From Balanoglossus misakiensis (Eukaryota; Animalia; Hemichordata), in assembly GCA_040954595.2 (NCBI GenBank), contig CM082588.2, positions 3,184,513-3,248,512 of the forward strand: a stretch of 64,000 bases of DNA. Reading direction: 5' to 3'. Made by a program: the position numbers and the translations under genes. Under the pieces are notes generated by a model. It was not told the DNA's origin, did no database searches, and was given only the letters and a program-made list of their open reading frames with translations. Shown in pieces: positions 52,078 through 64,000 of the stretch; position 1 is the first letter of the stretch, and each line of letters opens with the position of its first letter.

Positions 52078-55000
52078 GTATCACTGCCCATCCATGCATA
52101 TATGTACATGTAGCACAATGAAGAAGTTGCAATAATTACTCAAAATGACATGTACGTCTACGGGAAACACACGACAGGTTAATCGTGGCATTTACTTTGC
52201 TGGCGCATTTTCATCCGTTCATCAATCAGCGATTGGCCAAACCTGCATGAAATTACCATGTATACTTTCCGATTGGAAACACTAAAAAAAAACACGCATC
52301 TCAATCAAAAACGAAAGCCGCTACATTTTCACACTTCAGTGACGCGTTGTTCGCAGCGACGAAGGCGCTGTCGCTATGGCAACAGCCTCTCGCATTTTTA
52401 GGACAACGCAGGTGGAAACACTCTGAATGCTTTCCCTGGCACTTTTCGGGAGTGGGCCAAAATGAGCAGAAATAAAATGCGACCAACCCCTGTGGGGGAA
52501 AGCACTCGCATTTTCTGCCGCCGACCTTTTATATGGAAATGTGCCGAGACTTATACTCTGTCGCTCTAATGCATTTCGAATTTTGATTATTCGATTTCCG
52601 ACAAACTTTCTCGGTTCTGCGACATAGAATATGCATGCGCGACCTCCATGAGTTTAACCTCGGAGAAGTTCTCCGTGACGTCACGCCAGATTATTTCTGG
52701 ATTGTGACGGAACACGCTCGCAGCAAGAATATCGCCCCGGATTGCCTTTTACGAACACATTATTCTGCGAATGTGTAGAAACAGGGGATATTGCGCTATA
52801 AATGGAAACGGATTCGTCCTGAACGACCCGAGAAGTACATTCATGCGCCATTGCCCTGTGTAACTATATAATATTCTATTGGACATCAGTGTGACCAAGA
52901 TAGAATTTCCACACCTTTACACTGGCCTAGTAGTAAAAACGCTATTTAGGCTTTTCCCCCTTTACGGTTGGCATTATACGTATTCCCAAAGTATATCATT
53001 AACCACGCAAATGGTTTGAGTTGAGTGTGTCTTTCGGAAGTGCAAACCCAACTCCTGAATGCGGTGGAATATGAATATCAGTCCGCGGTGAGCGGCGGCG
53101 ACATGTGATGGTTTTGTTATCGGAAGAAATTGATAAAGTCTTAAGGATAGAGATAACGATATCAGGAAATTGATAGAATCACTGACGTGCAAACTCTAAA
53201 TAATAGTCCAACATATACTGAAATGGAAACGAATTCGGATAGCCATTTTGGTATCAGTAAAGTATGCATGGTTTAGAGAGAAAACGCTGGTGGGTATTTG
53301 CATCCGAAGCACGTAATAATCAGCGCTATGAATCGATTAGTATTCATTCAAATTATTTCATCGTGATTGTGATACACGTAACAGTAGCTTCTGAATTACT
53401 CAACAGTGCTACCTGCGTTCGCCAGGATTCAATACAGAGGCAGTGATCAGCGGGCGGTAAAATAGTTCCTGGTCACATGCGGGCCCAGCAATATGCACTC
53501 CCCCCCCCCCTCCCCCCGGATTTCTGAGAAATCTAAGCTCGGTGCAATTGGTATATCGGATGATGTAACTCACTGGTTGCTGTCTTGTTGAGTAAAGTGA
53601 CTTTCTGTGTTATGTTTTCCCGCCTCCGGCGCTAGATCGAACGAACGGCGTCGTCATGTTTTATCAGCGGCTTTTCCCCATACTAATAGCGGTGCTCCTG
53701 AAGCCACGAGAAAGTTGCATATTCTCTGTAGTTTATTCTGCGCGAGGCAATCTTTCTCTCATCGCGTCGGCGCGCGCGAGTCCCCGGCTTAATATGGCAG
53801 GGTTTTTTTCTTCTTGCAGAATACTTAAAACTCAGGCATGTATTCGTTCTTTCGCTTCAAAGATGCATAAACGAGGGGCAAATTATGAGGTATAGTTGTG
53901 GGCGAATGCACATAATTCGAATAATGGTCCGCGATTCAGCGAAATTGTGTGAAGTAGAGCGCGACTATTATGTCCGCGTAAACGGCGCAGAGTTGAAATA
54001 TACCACGCTATTGGCATTTTAACTGTTGTGTATAGCCTCTTTCATGAAGTAAAACGACTTCACATGTAACCCCTGATGTAGTGTTTTCATTCGAGTGCTC
54101 TATTGCCATGCAGTGCACACTGGAGCACAAAACATGACGTATTGACGCATCGCCACCCTGTGCAAAGGGTTTCATCAATAATTGTTCATCAGAAAAGCAT
54201 AAAGATAAATTTCAGCTTTCCACATTTCTCCCTGCCACGTGCTCACGTAACTGATATTAACTCCCCGCGATTTTCGCATCTGGTTGCCGAGTGCAAACAA
54301 ATGTCTTATAAATTCAATCCAATCGCCCCAAAACCCCATCAATCTTTCTGTTTGTATTTCTCCAGTCAGTGCTGCGCAGAAATCAGGACCATCAATCATT
54401 GGAGGTTTTCCCCTCTTGTATGCAAATGAGCGCGAGAGGAAAGGTCAACTCCAAGCCACTTCACTTCATCAGGTGAACAAACCCAGAGAAGAAAAAACCC
54501 TTGAGCACGACTCGCCAAACACGGACGCAATCCAGTCTGCATGAATGGATTTGCCGATAAGAGAAGGGCTTATTTTACTTGACACAAAACAAATGTTAGT
54601 CGCGAAGGGATGGATGGATGTGTCCCTCGGCGCCGCGTCTCGAGTCAATGAAGAATTGAAATTTAAAGAAAGCGCCAACCGGCAACTTTGATGTGCAAGA
54701 CAGTTATTGAATATTCCAGCTATGCGGGGAGGGAGTGGATGAATGTAATTTGTATGAGAAAATCCTTATCTAATGCAGCTGTTCTGTGGTTTTCGGATAT
54801 GTACATTTTGTAATCGTGATGTCTTCCTAGATAATTTCGCAAACATAAATCCGGACTAATTGTGATCGGCAGACAGGGGGAAGTAATCTCGACTCCAAAA
54901 CACAAAATACACCATTTTGGAGAAAAAATGGAAATCAAACAAAAAATAACAAGCTACACCCAGCCCAAATATAATCAGTTCTTGTCATTCCCAAAAAGCA

Positions 55001-55693
55001 CATGTACCTTCCACCGAATGTGGTTGAAATCTGATCAGCCGTTCTTGAGATATCGATCGCACAGACACACACTGACCGACAGACAGACAGACATCGGAAC
55101 GACAACATCCGCCATGTTTTGCACGGTGGCTAAAAAGCGCACACAACAGATATCAACTTCGTTTTGAAATTGTTAACAATTCGTGGAATTTATTTTATAA
55201 ACAATTAAGACAGCATATATTCAACAAAATCTCCGACATATAATCTATTCAAGAATCGATAAAGCCATTTAATAATTTTACAAAATCGTGATATGAATAA
55301 TATAACATATACATGGTATTAAAGGGCGACAATGTCCACTATCTGTTACAAAGGGATGGGGGATTGAATGAGCTAAATCTACATTTGGACAATACAAACG
55401 AATTTTGCGGTTCATCTATTCTATATGTTGGTGTTCCCCTACGGGTCGTGTAGGCCGTGGGAACTTTTATCGCCTGGGGGCTCGCCGTTTCCGGCTAAAA
55501 CACTAAAGACGGGTTACACGTTGCAAATTAAATGTCCAGCGAAATACTTTTTTCAGCTGCACAGCTGCCGAGCAGAACGCTTGACTACGAAGCTTTCCGT
55601 GTGTCACAAAGGAGGGGTGGACATGTATCTCTAGGCTGTTATAAATGTTAATCGTGTCAAAACGTCAGGAAAAATGATTTTTGAAGTGTGTTT

Positions 55694-56760
55694 CAGGGAT
55701 TGCGCTAGGCCTCAAAATCTTGGGGTCCCTGGGACCCCTTCCTTGTGAAAATCAGGGGTCCCTAAATATTTTTGTGGGTCCCCATTTTTTCAATATATTA
55801 TAACACATACGTACTCGCCACACACTTACTGGCGAAGTCAACATCACAATTTAAGTGTATTTCCACATTTATTTTCATTTTCTATGAACGTTTCATTTTT
55901 TATTATAAAGTAATTTCCTTCTGGCTTTCTGTTCATTGAAGTTTGACATAGCTTGAGAAAAAGATTTTGCCAATCAATAACAACAACAACAACAAACAAA
56001 CAAACAATAAAATCGCGGAGGGAGAGCCCCCTGTGTTTATACGGGGAACCACAGTGAGGAAGCGATGCATAGCTATCGATGTCAGAGTGTTCTGATCGTT
56101 GACGAGTTTTGCCCCCATATTTAACCCAGTCCAGCTACATGGAGTCGGATAAATCACCAAAGATTTTCAAGCGAAAACGGGTGAAAGGATTACATGTACA
56201 CCAATGAAGATAGACAGGCTGTAAAAAGCATAATCAAAAGCGAGAAATTTTCTCTTTTTTGCGGAAATCAAACACATAGAACGAGAGAGTCAACAAAGAC
56301 ACCCGCTGAACTGTCGAAAACAAGGTCGCGCGCGTTCGATTGACCGTGCGCGGTACATCGGGTCCACCGCTCGATGCAGTCGGCCGGCTGCATGGGTACG
56401 TCCCGCGATCGCGCGCGACCACCCGCTCTCGACATCGGCCCCTAATTAATGACACATCGTTCACAACTTGTCTGCCAAAGAAAAAACGAAGCCAGTTTTT
56501 CTTTTGTTGTCAGGAAAACTCTAACATGCTTTAGTCAAATGATTATTTCACACTTTGTTTTTGTTTACAAGTGTCAATCTTCTGGATTAGCAAGCCGTAA
56601 AAGCGTTTTTGAATAAACAAATTAAAATTACAAGACGATCATTAATTACTGCAGTGTGCGCTCAGCTGGGGTTCCCCGGACGCAGACATCAAAGTGAACC
56701 CGCGTCCCAGCCAAAAAGCTTGCGTCCCGGACGCGGAATTCTGCGTTAACGCGATCCCTG
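55694..56760. mobile_element. Non-autonomous hAT-like DNA transposon (~1.07 kb) with apparent 5-bp TSD
   Basis: Ends CAGGGATTGCGCTA and TAACGCGATCCCTG (12/14 inverted match), flanked by TGTTT on both sides (55689-55693, 56761-56765). Subterminal GGGGTCCC-like motifs at both ends; no transposase ORF. Confidence 0.7.
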
Positions 56761-59700
56761 TGTTTATATATAGATCCGCGTCTGGAAACGACGAAAGGTG
56801 TGAAACCTCAGAGAGAACAGTTATTCAATTTGACACAAGAGTTACATGTCTCTAATATACAATCAGCGCAAGACAAACAAAGAAAGAGTAAAATTATGGG
56901 ATACCGTCCTAGATTTGTTGAACCACGGGCCCGAGTGTGGTCGTACCGTGACCTTCCGACAACTTGAAACAGAAATTAGTACCCTGTCGTGTGTTTCTAC
57001 ACACTGAGACTGTCACTGCCGTTTATGGTAAATTACAAAAAATAAGTACTTCCGATTGGTAAACCGACCTACCTTAATTTGTTCTCACCTACCCTGATTT
57101 TTTTTAACAGAACAAACGCGGAAGAGCAAACAAGTCGCAAAATCAAATCAACCTTGCGAGTGAAAGGTGATCCCAGCAACGTGTATGGTTCTAAATATAA
57201 AAGTATCCAATCTTTTTATGTGACATGAAGAAACTTATTATAAATACATTAAATATCGGATGATTTGATTTGAATCAAATTTGGTAACTCTATTCTTGTT
57301 ACAAGGCGAAGATAGATTAATTTTGGTGGATGTGTCTTGCATAATTAATATTCATTTGCATAATTAATAATTAAGCAACAAGATATCCCTATAGCGTGGC
57401 TGAATTATATTTAAAGGATCTGTTTAAATTTATCAATCATAATATGATGTGATGTTATTGAACTAAGAGACTTAACAATGTCTTATTTGAATACTCTTAT
57501 AATTAGGGATATTCATATATGCAAAATTGCTGCACAAGCTTTGATAAAACTTGGTAAGTTAATCGTTTCACATAGAGATACTAACACTGAAAGACATCCA
57601 GCTGGGTCGTGTCAGTCAACTGCTAATTTGCATATTCAGAGGCTCATATGCTTGGGGATATATATACAGAAGCGGTGTACCAAAATTCATGAAACACACT
57701 TGGGATGTTTGTCTTACTAGGACATGATTACATTGAGAGGTATACAGTATTGCTCAGGAAGTAAATTCTAAATTTCATACATAACGAAATGTTCGATTAA
57801 TAATTATTGCACCAAAACCACAGAACGACATCTGGTTTTTATTCTTTAGCCAAATCGCTATTCAACTCAACACCGCAACATAACTATTGACCGAAGCAGA
57901 TGAGTTCAGCGATGGTGAACAATTCAAAACAAATTGTTAATAATGCTGGTTGCTAGGTCGAAGTTTTCAATCGACGAAAGCATGACTTTTCATGAAGTTA
58001 TATGATAGATAATTCCAGCCAAGTGGAACAGACACGACGTTGACAGGCAAATGACGTCATTCACAGAACTACATGTATAAATGAGTATACGGAAAGTTGA
58101 AAAAGGTAGATTCGTTTCATTACACTTAAATTTGCCCAAACTCTCCATGTCGTTTGCAAGGCTATATAAAGCAATGTATATGCTTGTATATTTTCATAAA
58201 TCCTATTAAAAATCGTATACTTCCTCATATTTAATTTTGTTCAAAAATCATTTCATTGGTCAAATTAGTCTTTTACGCCACAATAATTTTGAGTTAACTC
58301 AAAACACCTTTAACAATTTAAATTGCCGAACAAGCCGCGATTGATTGTGCAAGGTTTCTGTACGACATGCCTGTATCGATTCCGTCGCCATGGGAATACA
58401 TTCTTCCGGATCAGCGGTTAAAGTGAAATTTTTCGTCATATTAGGAGTTCAGGAATTTTTAGTGTATTCCCTCTTAAAATTGAGAATAAAAATTAGAGGT
58501 CACCGTGCAGAATTTTGAAGAGAACCAAATTATCTCACATTTGAAATTCAAAATGGCCGCCCATCTGTCTCCGAGGCACGCACTACCTTACCAGTGTAAC
58601 TAAAGTCACTACAAAGCGTATCAGTACATTGAGATATGACAGAATTAGTTTAAACAAATACATCTCACTTGGTCTAAGTTACCATACGCATACAAGATAA
58701 TTGTTCAGTATTCAATGTTATAATGGTTAATGTCTCGAGAAACTTTGGCCACATTCAGTTCAGAGAATTGATGTCCAAAAACCATTTATCATGTAAATGC
58801 ATAATAATTAGCATGACACACCCATCAGAATTTCAGCGCACATGTGACTGTATCATTATCAATGACACATTTATGCAAATTTGGTGAAGCGCATCTTGAT
58901 ATTGGTCTCATATCATTAAGAAAGTCATACAGATACAAAATTACACTTGAATCTAGATAATCTCCCTAACATTCTATATACCCGGGGTGGACAATCTCCC
59001 TGGTCGAGGTGCTAAGAAAAACGTCGCCCTAACAAAATGTCTGACTGATATGAGTTAATATGCGTTTCTCTCTGTGTGTTGTGTTTTTTTTCGAGCAAAA
59101 CGTGGTAATATGTCGCTCTCTTGAAATAGAAGATAGCACGCAGTAGAAAATTCCAAAGACAGAAACAAACTGACCTCCGTCAGCAGTTATCTCGTTCTGA
59201 AGATATGTGGCGTACACAGACAATGTCGAACTGGAGAGTATACATAGTACATAGACACTGGTGAAACTTCCATATGATAGTGCTAACACAGAGTGGCACG
59301 GGGCTTGATGAATGCGTGTGATTGAAACTAAAGAGTAACGCTCAGTATAGCTAGTTTATTTTGGACGCATGAGTTGTGGCACTTCTAGAAGCCGAGTCAG
59401 GTTTTATGGGCATTGAGTAGTGGTGGCGCTTCCAATATAATCCAGAGACGAATGGCCTTGTTTGCTCAACCTTTGACCCGGCAGTCCTGCTCGGGGTTGA
59501 AGATAGAACAGAATTCTCTATCGTGTGATGATGACGTCTCATGAAATCGTGTCTTGCAATGAGAAAGACAGCGCTCGGAAAGTTTTCGAGTTGTCATCGG
59601 AAATCGGCCGGATGAAACAGTGAGCAACCTCCACCAACCAATGCAAAGCATCCTTTACTGTGGACTGAACAGTAAACTCAAAACTTACAGGCTGTATCCC

Positions 59701-60127
59701 AGTCATGCAAATAAAGCCGAAAGGGGGTTGGCTTCTTGATGACTACAGTTCAGCATTTAACTCTACTTGAGATACTTAGTCTAGTAAGTGAGAGACAGCG
59801 AGAGCTCCACAATCCTTGCAGCGTGCTTCTGTCATATAACAATCACCAATTAATCAACGCAATTACTGTTTTGACATACTTCTGTGGTATTCCGGGGCGC
59901 CTTTAATTTGATAGTTTTGCTTGCCGCATTGCCACTTTGACATTTAACAATTTGGTAATATACTCCGATTAAGAAAATGTCAGTCTAAATCTGTAGAGCA
60001 AGACTTGCCTTGAGGCTATAGCCAGCTGAAGCGATTCCCACCGTGGGACCAACCTGGCAGAGAGAAACAATTTTTACTAACGCGCACACCGCTCAGTCGA
60101 TCTTTACGGCTGACGGCTGTGATTGGC

Positions 60128-61246
60128 CTACATGGAATTATCCATCTCGTCCACATCGTTGTGGCAGCCAATGAGAACCATTTGATTTGACGACATGGTG
60201 GTTGTCATGGTAGGCATCTCGCAGGCGTCCTCGTAGCAGACGCTGGAGCGGCGATAATAGCTGCCCATGCTGAGCGTGTACTCGGGCACCCGGCTCCGGC
60301 ACGCGCACATCTTGGCCAATTTCTGCCGGAAGTTCTCCCCGGCGCACGTGTAGATGATGGGGTTCAGGCAGCTGTTGGCGTAGCTTAGGCACATAGAACA
60401 GTAGTACACGATGATAAACTCTAGCGTGCGCCAACTCTCCACCGGGGCGAACGTCATGGTGAACTGCACCACCCAGAACGGTAGCCAGCACACCGTGAAC
60501 AGGGCAACGGCAAGCATGACAATCAGACCGGCGCGGCCGAGCGATGACCGCTTGGTAGTCCGGTGGCTCGACTTGGAGCCCTTGCGCAGGTAAAGCAGGA
60601 TCCGAAAATAGCAAAGCGAGATGATGAGAAGGGGCAGGCCGAAATTGATGACAAATGCATAGATGATGAAAGTAACCTCTAACTGGGGAGTGAAAGCTAT
60701 GTCGCATTTAATAAATTCCGGGCCCTTCCTGGGATCGGGTACGGTGTCGGCGTACATCCACAGCGGCAGAGTGGCCAACACCGACAGAATCCAGATGAAG
60801 GCGCAGGTGATCCTGGCCGTGTTCACCGTGCGATATGTCATGGACTCGATGGCATTCACTATTGCCAGATACCGATCAATGCACATTGCAGTCAGGGTGA
60901 AAATACCTGCAAACATGTTGATGCCGTCGATTCCCATGACCAGTTTGCACATGGCCCGGCCGAATATCCAGCTCTTCCCGGTGTACTGGTACGCCAGGAA
61001 GGGAATGCCGAGCATGAAGAGCAGGTCGGCCGAGGCCAGGTTCATGATGTACACGTTGGGCACCGTCTTCATGTCCGAGTAGCGCACCAGCACGCAGACG
61101 ACGATGCCGTTGCCGAGGAGACCGCTGATGCAGATAACGCAGATAACGATTGGGATGAACACGGTCCGCCACCAGATGAGGGACGCGATGGGGTCGTGGA
61201 AGCTGGCCGACTCGTTGCCGAACTCGCGAAAGCTGAAGTTGGACAT
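60128..61246 (-). CDS. SSTR: Somatostatin/allatostatin-C-type peptide receptor (class A GPCR), intronless, 372 aa
   Basis: GLLGNGIV, MKTVPNVYIMNLASAD, W.FGRAMCKLV, TM3 'GIDGINMFAGIFTLTAMCIDRY' with the ligand-binding Asp, CWLPFW, LSYANSCLNPIIY, ENFR. This matches the SSTR/AstC-R/opioid clade signature; subtype not assignable. Confidence 0.92.
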   Translation of the reverse strand: MSNFSFREFGNESASFHDPIASLIWWRTVFIPIVICVICISGLLGNGIVVCVLVRYSDMKTVPNVYIMNLASADLLFMLGIPFLAYQYTGKSWIFGRAMCKLVMGIDGINMFAGIFTLTAMCIDRYLAIVNAIESMTYRTVNTARITCAFIWILSVLATLPLWMYADTVPDPRKGPEFIKCDIAFTPQLEVTFIIYAFVINFGLPLLIISLCYFRILLYLRKGSKSSHRTTKRSSLGRAGLIVMLAVALFTVCWLPFWVVQFTMTFAPVESWRTLEFIIVYYCSMCLSYANSCLNPIIYTCAGENFRQKLAKMCACRSRVPEYTLSMGSYYRRSSVCYEDACEMPTMTTTMSSNQMVLIGCHNDVDEMDNSM

Positions 61247-62662
61247 GTCTCGGCGGTGGCGACTGCGGCGGTGGGCACGGTATGAGTGGCTGAGAAGGAG
61301 CGGAGTACGTACTTCCTAAAGAACGGCGAACAAACGTCCATCCGAGGCGCTAACCGACTCGTACCCACGTCGCCGTCATGATATCTATCTGGATAGCTGC
61401 GCATTAGTTATTCAACATGCGTTTAGATCGCCCGAGTATATCCACATACAAAGAATATTACTTACAACGCAAAACAAAGACATAGCATCATTCAAATATC
61501 CCAGTTGTCGCTGCTACAGAATTCTCGCTAGATTTCCCGCGACGCTGGTACAACGGAGAGCGCGCTTTTCATTACGCTCGACGCGAGCAGCACAGGACAT
61601 GTAGTGGAGACCGCCACCTGTTCTCTTTATGGCTCTATAATTTAATCTCCGGGGGTGCCAAGCCCATCAATATTCGATCTCAATAGAAGAAGAAAAACTA
61701 AACGGCCATCGAAAGTAAAGTAAACGGTACAGATCGCAAACGTCGCCACATCAACACCATGACATTTAAAAGACTAAATTACGCATTGAATGGTATTTAA
61801 ATTAATATGTTTGAAAACTGAATTAATTAGTATCAACAGCGCAATTGTTATTATGGACTTGTATCCCTTGAAATAATTTGCTTCATTAAGGGTTATGAAA
61901 TATTTCCCACACTTATGATAATTGGTTGGTCTTATGATCGCATTAATTAACCGAATTTTAGGTTTTATTCTGATTGAAAGATCGGAGAATTGTGTACACA
62001 CTTGGCAATGCCCCTGGATGTACATGTACAAGTGTATTGGTCCAACTTTGCCGGTAACCCTATACCGCCAGATTCTTATACAATTAGACTCAAAGTACGG
62101 AACCTGTACCGCCGTGATCCAAAGTGATTTCACCGACATGCGGAGGAAACACAAGACCGCGGCGGAGAATGTATTTATTTTATTTTCTCGGAGTGGAGTT
62201 GCGTATGATTGCATTACACACAGTATTTGTCTGACTTTTTTCCCAATTGTGTACGTCGTTCGTATATCTTTCAAAGCAGCCATTGAAATGGCAGGTTCAA
62301 TCAGAGCGTTATATTTTCTACGACGCGAAAACCACATTTTGCAAATGTTTGGTCTAATTGTGCTTATTTTGCTAGCAAATCGGTTTTCATTGATGTGCTG
62401 CGCGACGTTGAAAAGCGTTCATGATGAAAGTCGGTCGGAGCACATCTGAGCAGCGTCAGTTGAATATTCAATTTTAGATATTAGGAACATGATATAATCG
62501 AAACCGCGGGCTTCTAAAGAACTGTGTCTAACATTGTGAGGCACGGCGCTCTTGTCTCTTTTCAAACAGAAATATTACTTAAATTGACTTGAAGACGCAT
62601 GCGTTTAATGAAGAAAAGAGGTGTTCAATAATGCATACCATTATATAATGTCAAAATGCCAC

Positions 62663-62664
<2 letters not shown>

Positions 62665-62733
<69 letters not shown>

Positions 62734-62870
62734 TGTGTGGGTGGGTGTGGGTGTGTGGGTGGGTGTGTGTGTGGGTGTGTGTGGGTGTGTGTGGGTGTGT
62801 GGGTGTGTGTGGGTGTGTGTGGGCGTGTGTGTGGGTGTGTGTGGGTGTGTGTGGGTGTGTGGGTGTGTGT

Positions 62871-62930
<60 letters not shown>

Positions 62931-63325
62931 TGTGTGTGTGGGTGTGTGGGTGTGTGTGGGTGTGTGTGTGTGTGTGTATGGGTGTGTGTGTGGGTGTGTG
63001 TGTGTGTGTGTGTGTGTGGGTGTGTGTGTGTGTGTGTGTGTGGGTGTGTGTGTGTGGGTGTGTGTGGGTGTGGGTGTGTGTGGGTGGGTGTGTGGGTGTG
63101 TGTGGGTGTGTGTGGGTGGGTGTGTGTGGGTGTGTGGGTGTGTGTGTGTGTGTGTGTGTGTGGGTGTGTGTGGGTGTGTGGGTGTGTGTGTGTGTGGTTG
63201 TGTGTGGGTGTGTGTGGGTGTGTGTGGGCGTGTGTGGGTGTGGGTGTGTGGGTGTGTGTGTGTGTGTGTGTGTGTGGGTGTGTGGGTGTGTGTGTGTGTG
63301 GGTGTGTGTGGGTGTGTGTGTGTGT

Positions 63326-63362
<37 letters not shown>

Positions 63363-63375
63363 TGGGTGTGTGTGT

Positions 63376-63418
<43 letters not shown>

Positions 63419-63439
63419 TGTGTGTGTGGGTGGGTGTGT

Positions 63440-63486
<47 letters not shown>

Positions 63487-63711
63487 TGTGTGTGGGTGTG
63501 TGTGTGTGTGTGGGTGGGTGGGTGTGTGGGTGGGTGTGTGTGTGTGTGTGGGTGGGTGTGGGTGTGTGTGGGTGTGTGTGTGTGTGGGTGGGTGTGTGGG
63601 TGTGTGTGGGTGTGTGTGGGTGTGGGTGTGTGTGGGTGTGTGTGGGTGTGGGTGTGTGTGGGTGTGTGGGTGTGTGGGTGTGTGGTTGTGTGTGGGTGTG
63701 TGTGTGTGTGT

Positions 63712-63784
<73 letters not shown>

Positions 63785-63857
63785 TGGGTGTGTGTGTGGG
63801 TGTGTGTGGGTGTGTGGGTGGGTGGGTGTGTGTGGGTGTGGGTGTGTGTGTGTGTGT

Positions 63858-63890
<33 letters not shown>

Positions 63891-64000
63891 GGTGTGTGTG
63901 TGTGTGGGTGTGTGTGGGTGTGTGTGTGTGGGGGTGTGGGTGTGTGTGGGTGTGTGTGGGTGTGTGGGTGTGTGTGGGTGTGTGTGGGTGTGTGTGTGTG
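62665..64000 (+). repeat. Very long compound (GT)n/(GGGTGT) microsatellite, running off the window end
   Basis: More than 1.3 kb of almost only G and T: pure GT runs interleaved with GGGT units. Confidence 0.97.

Noticed and set aside
51902-52135. ORFs with repeated GHWCYACS / WPLVLRVQ
   Set aside because: Translations of the 24-bp minisatellite.
54840-55135. Possible Helentron/SINE-like repeat with an (ACAG)n tract and terminal stem-loop; similar-looking AT-rich repeat fragments at ~57270-57800 and ~58450-59020
   Set aside because: They look like interspersed repeats, but boundaries and class cannot be supported from single copies.
61774-62449. Overlapping 187-aa (-) and 175-aa (+) ORFs upstream of the receptor
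   Set aside because: Non-ATG starts, no recognisable domain, non-coding-like composition.
62665-64000. True telomere or yeast telomere contamination
   Set aside because: Contains long pure (GT)n runs atypical of yeast TG1-3, lacks TTAGGG, and begins as an ordinary GT microsatellite contiguous with animal sequence.

Overview
Eukaryotic (animal) genomic DNA with GT-AG introns, GPCRs, MITEs and microsatellites; the repeat style suggests a marine invertebrate deuterostome, but that is an unverified impression. Bases 1-11 kb hold three tandem minus-strand paralogues of a ~355-aa protein that consists only of the catalytic domain of cobalamin-independent methionine synthase (MetE C-terminal/'core' type). 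Two copies are complete (9 coding exons, reconstructed by hand, zinc ligands intact); the third runs off the left edge. Next come a head-to-head intronless orphan class A GPCR (12.1-13.2 kb) and a 3-exon MFSD4-like transporter (15.6-17.7 kb). A ~10-kb composite region (17.95-27.8 kb) is bracketed by two related 87/88-bp satellite arrays; its core contains long hairpins, a duplicated exon-like cassette, 42/47-bp minisatellites and a CCAAT/octamer cluster. Bases ~28-60 kb have no recognisable coding sequence, only MITEs, a hAT-like element and microsatellites. An intronless somatostatin/allatostatin-C-type receptor lies at 60.1-61.2 kb (minus), and a >1.3-kb GT/GGGT array runs off the right edge. 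The best novelty candidates are the animal core-methionine-synthase cluster (methyl donor unknown) and the satellite-bracketed composite.
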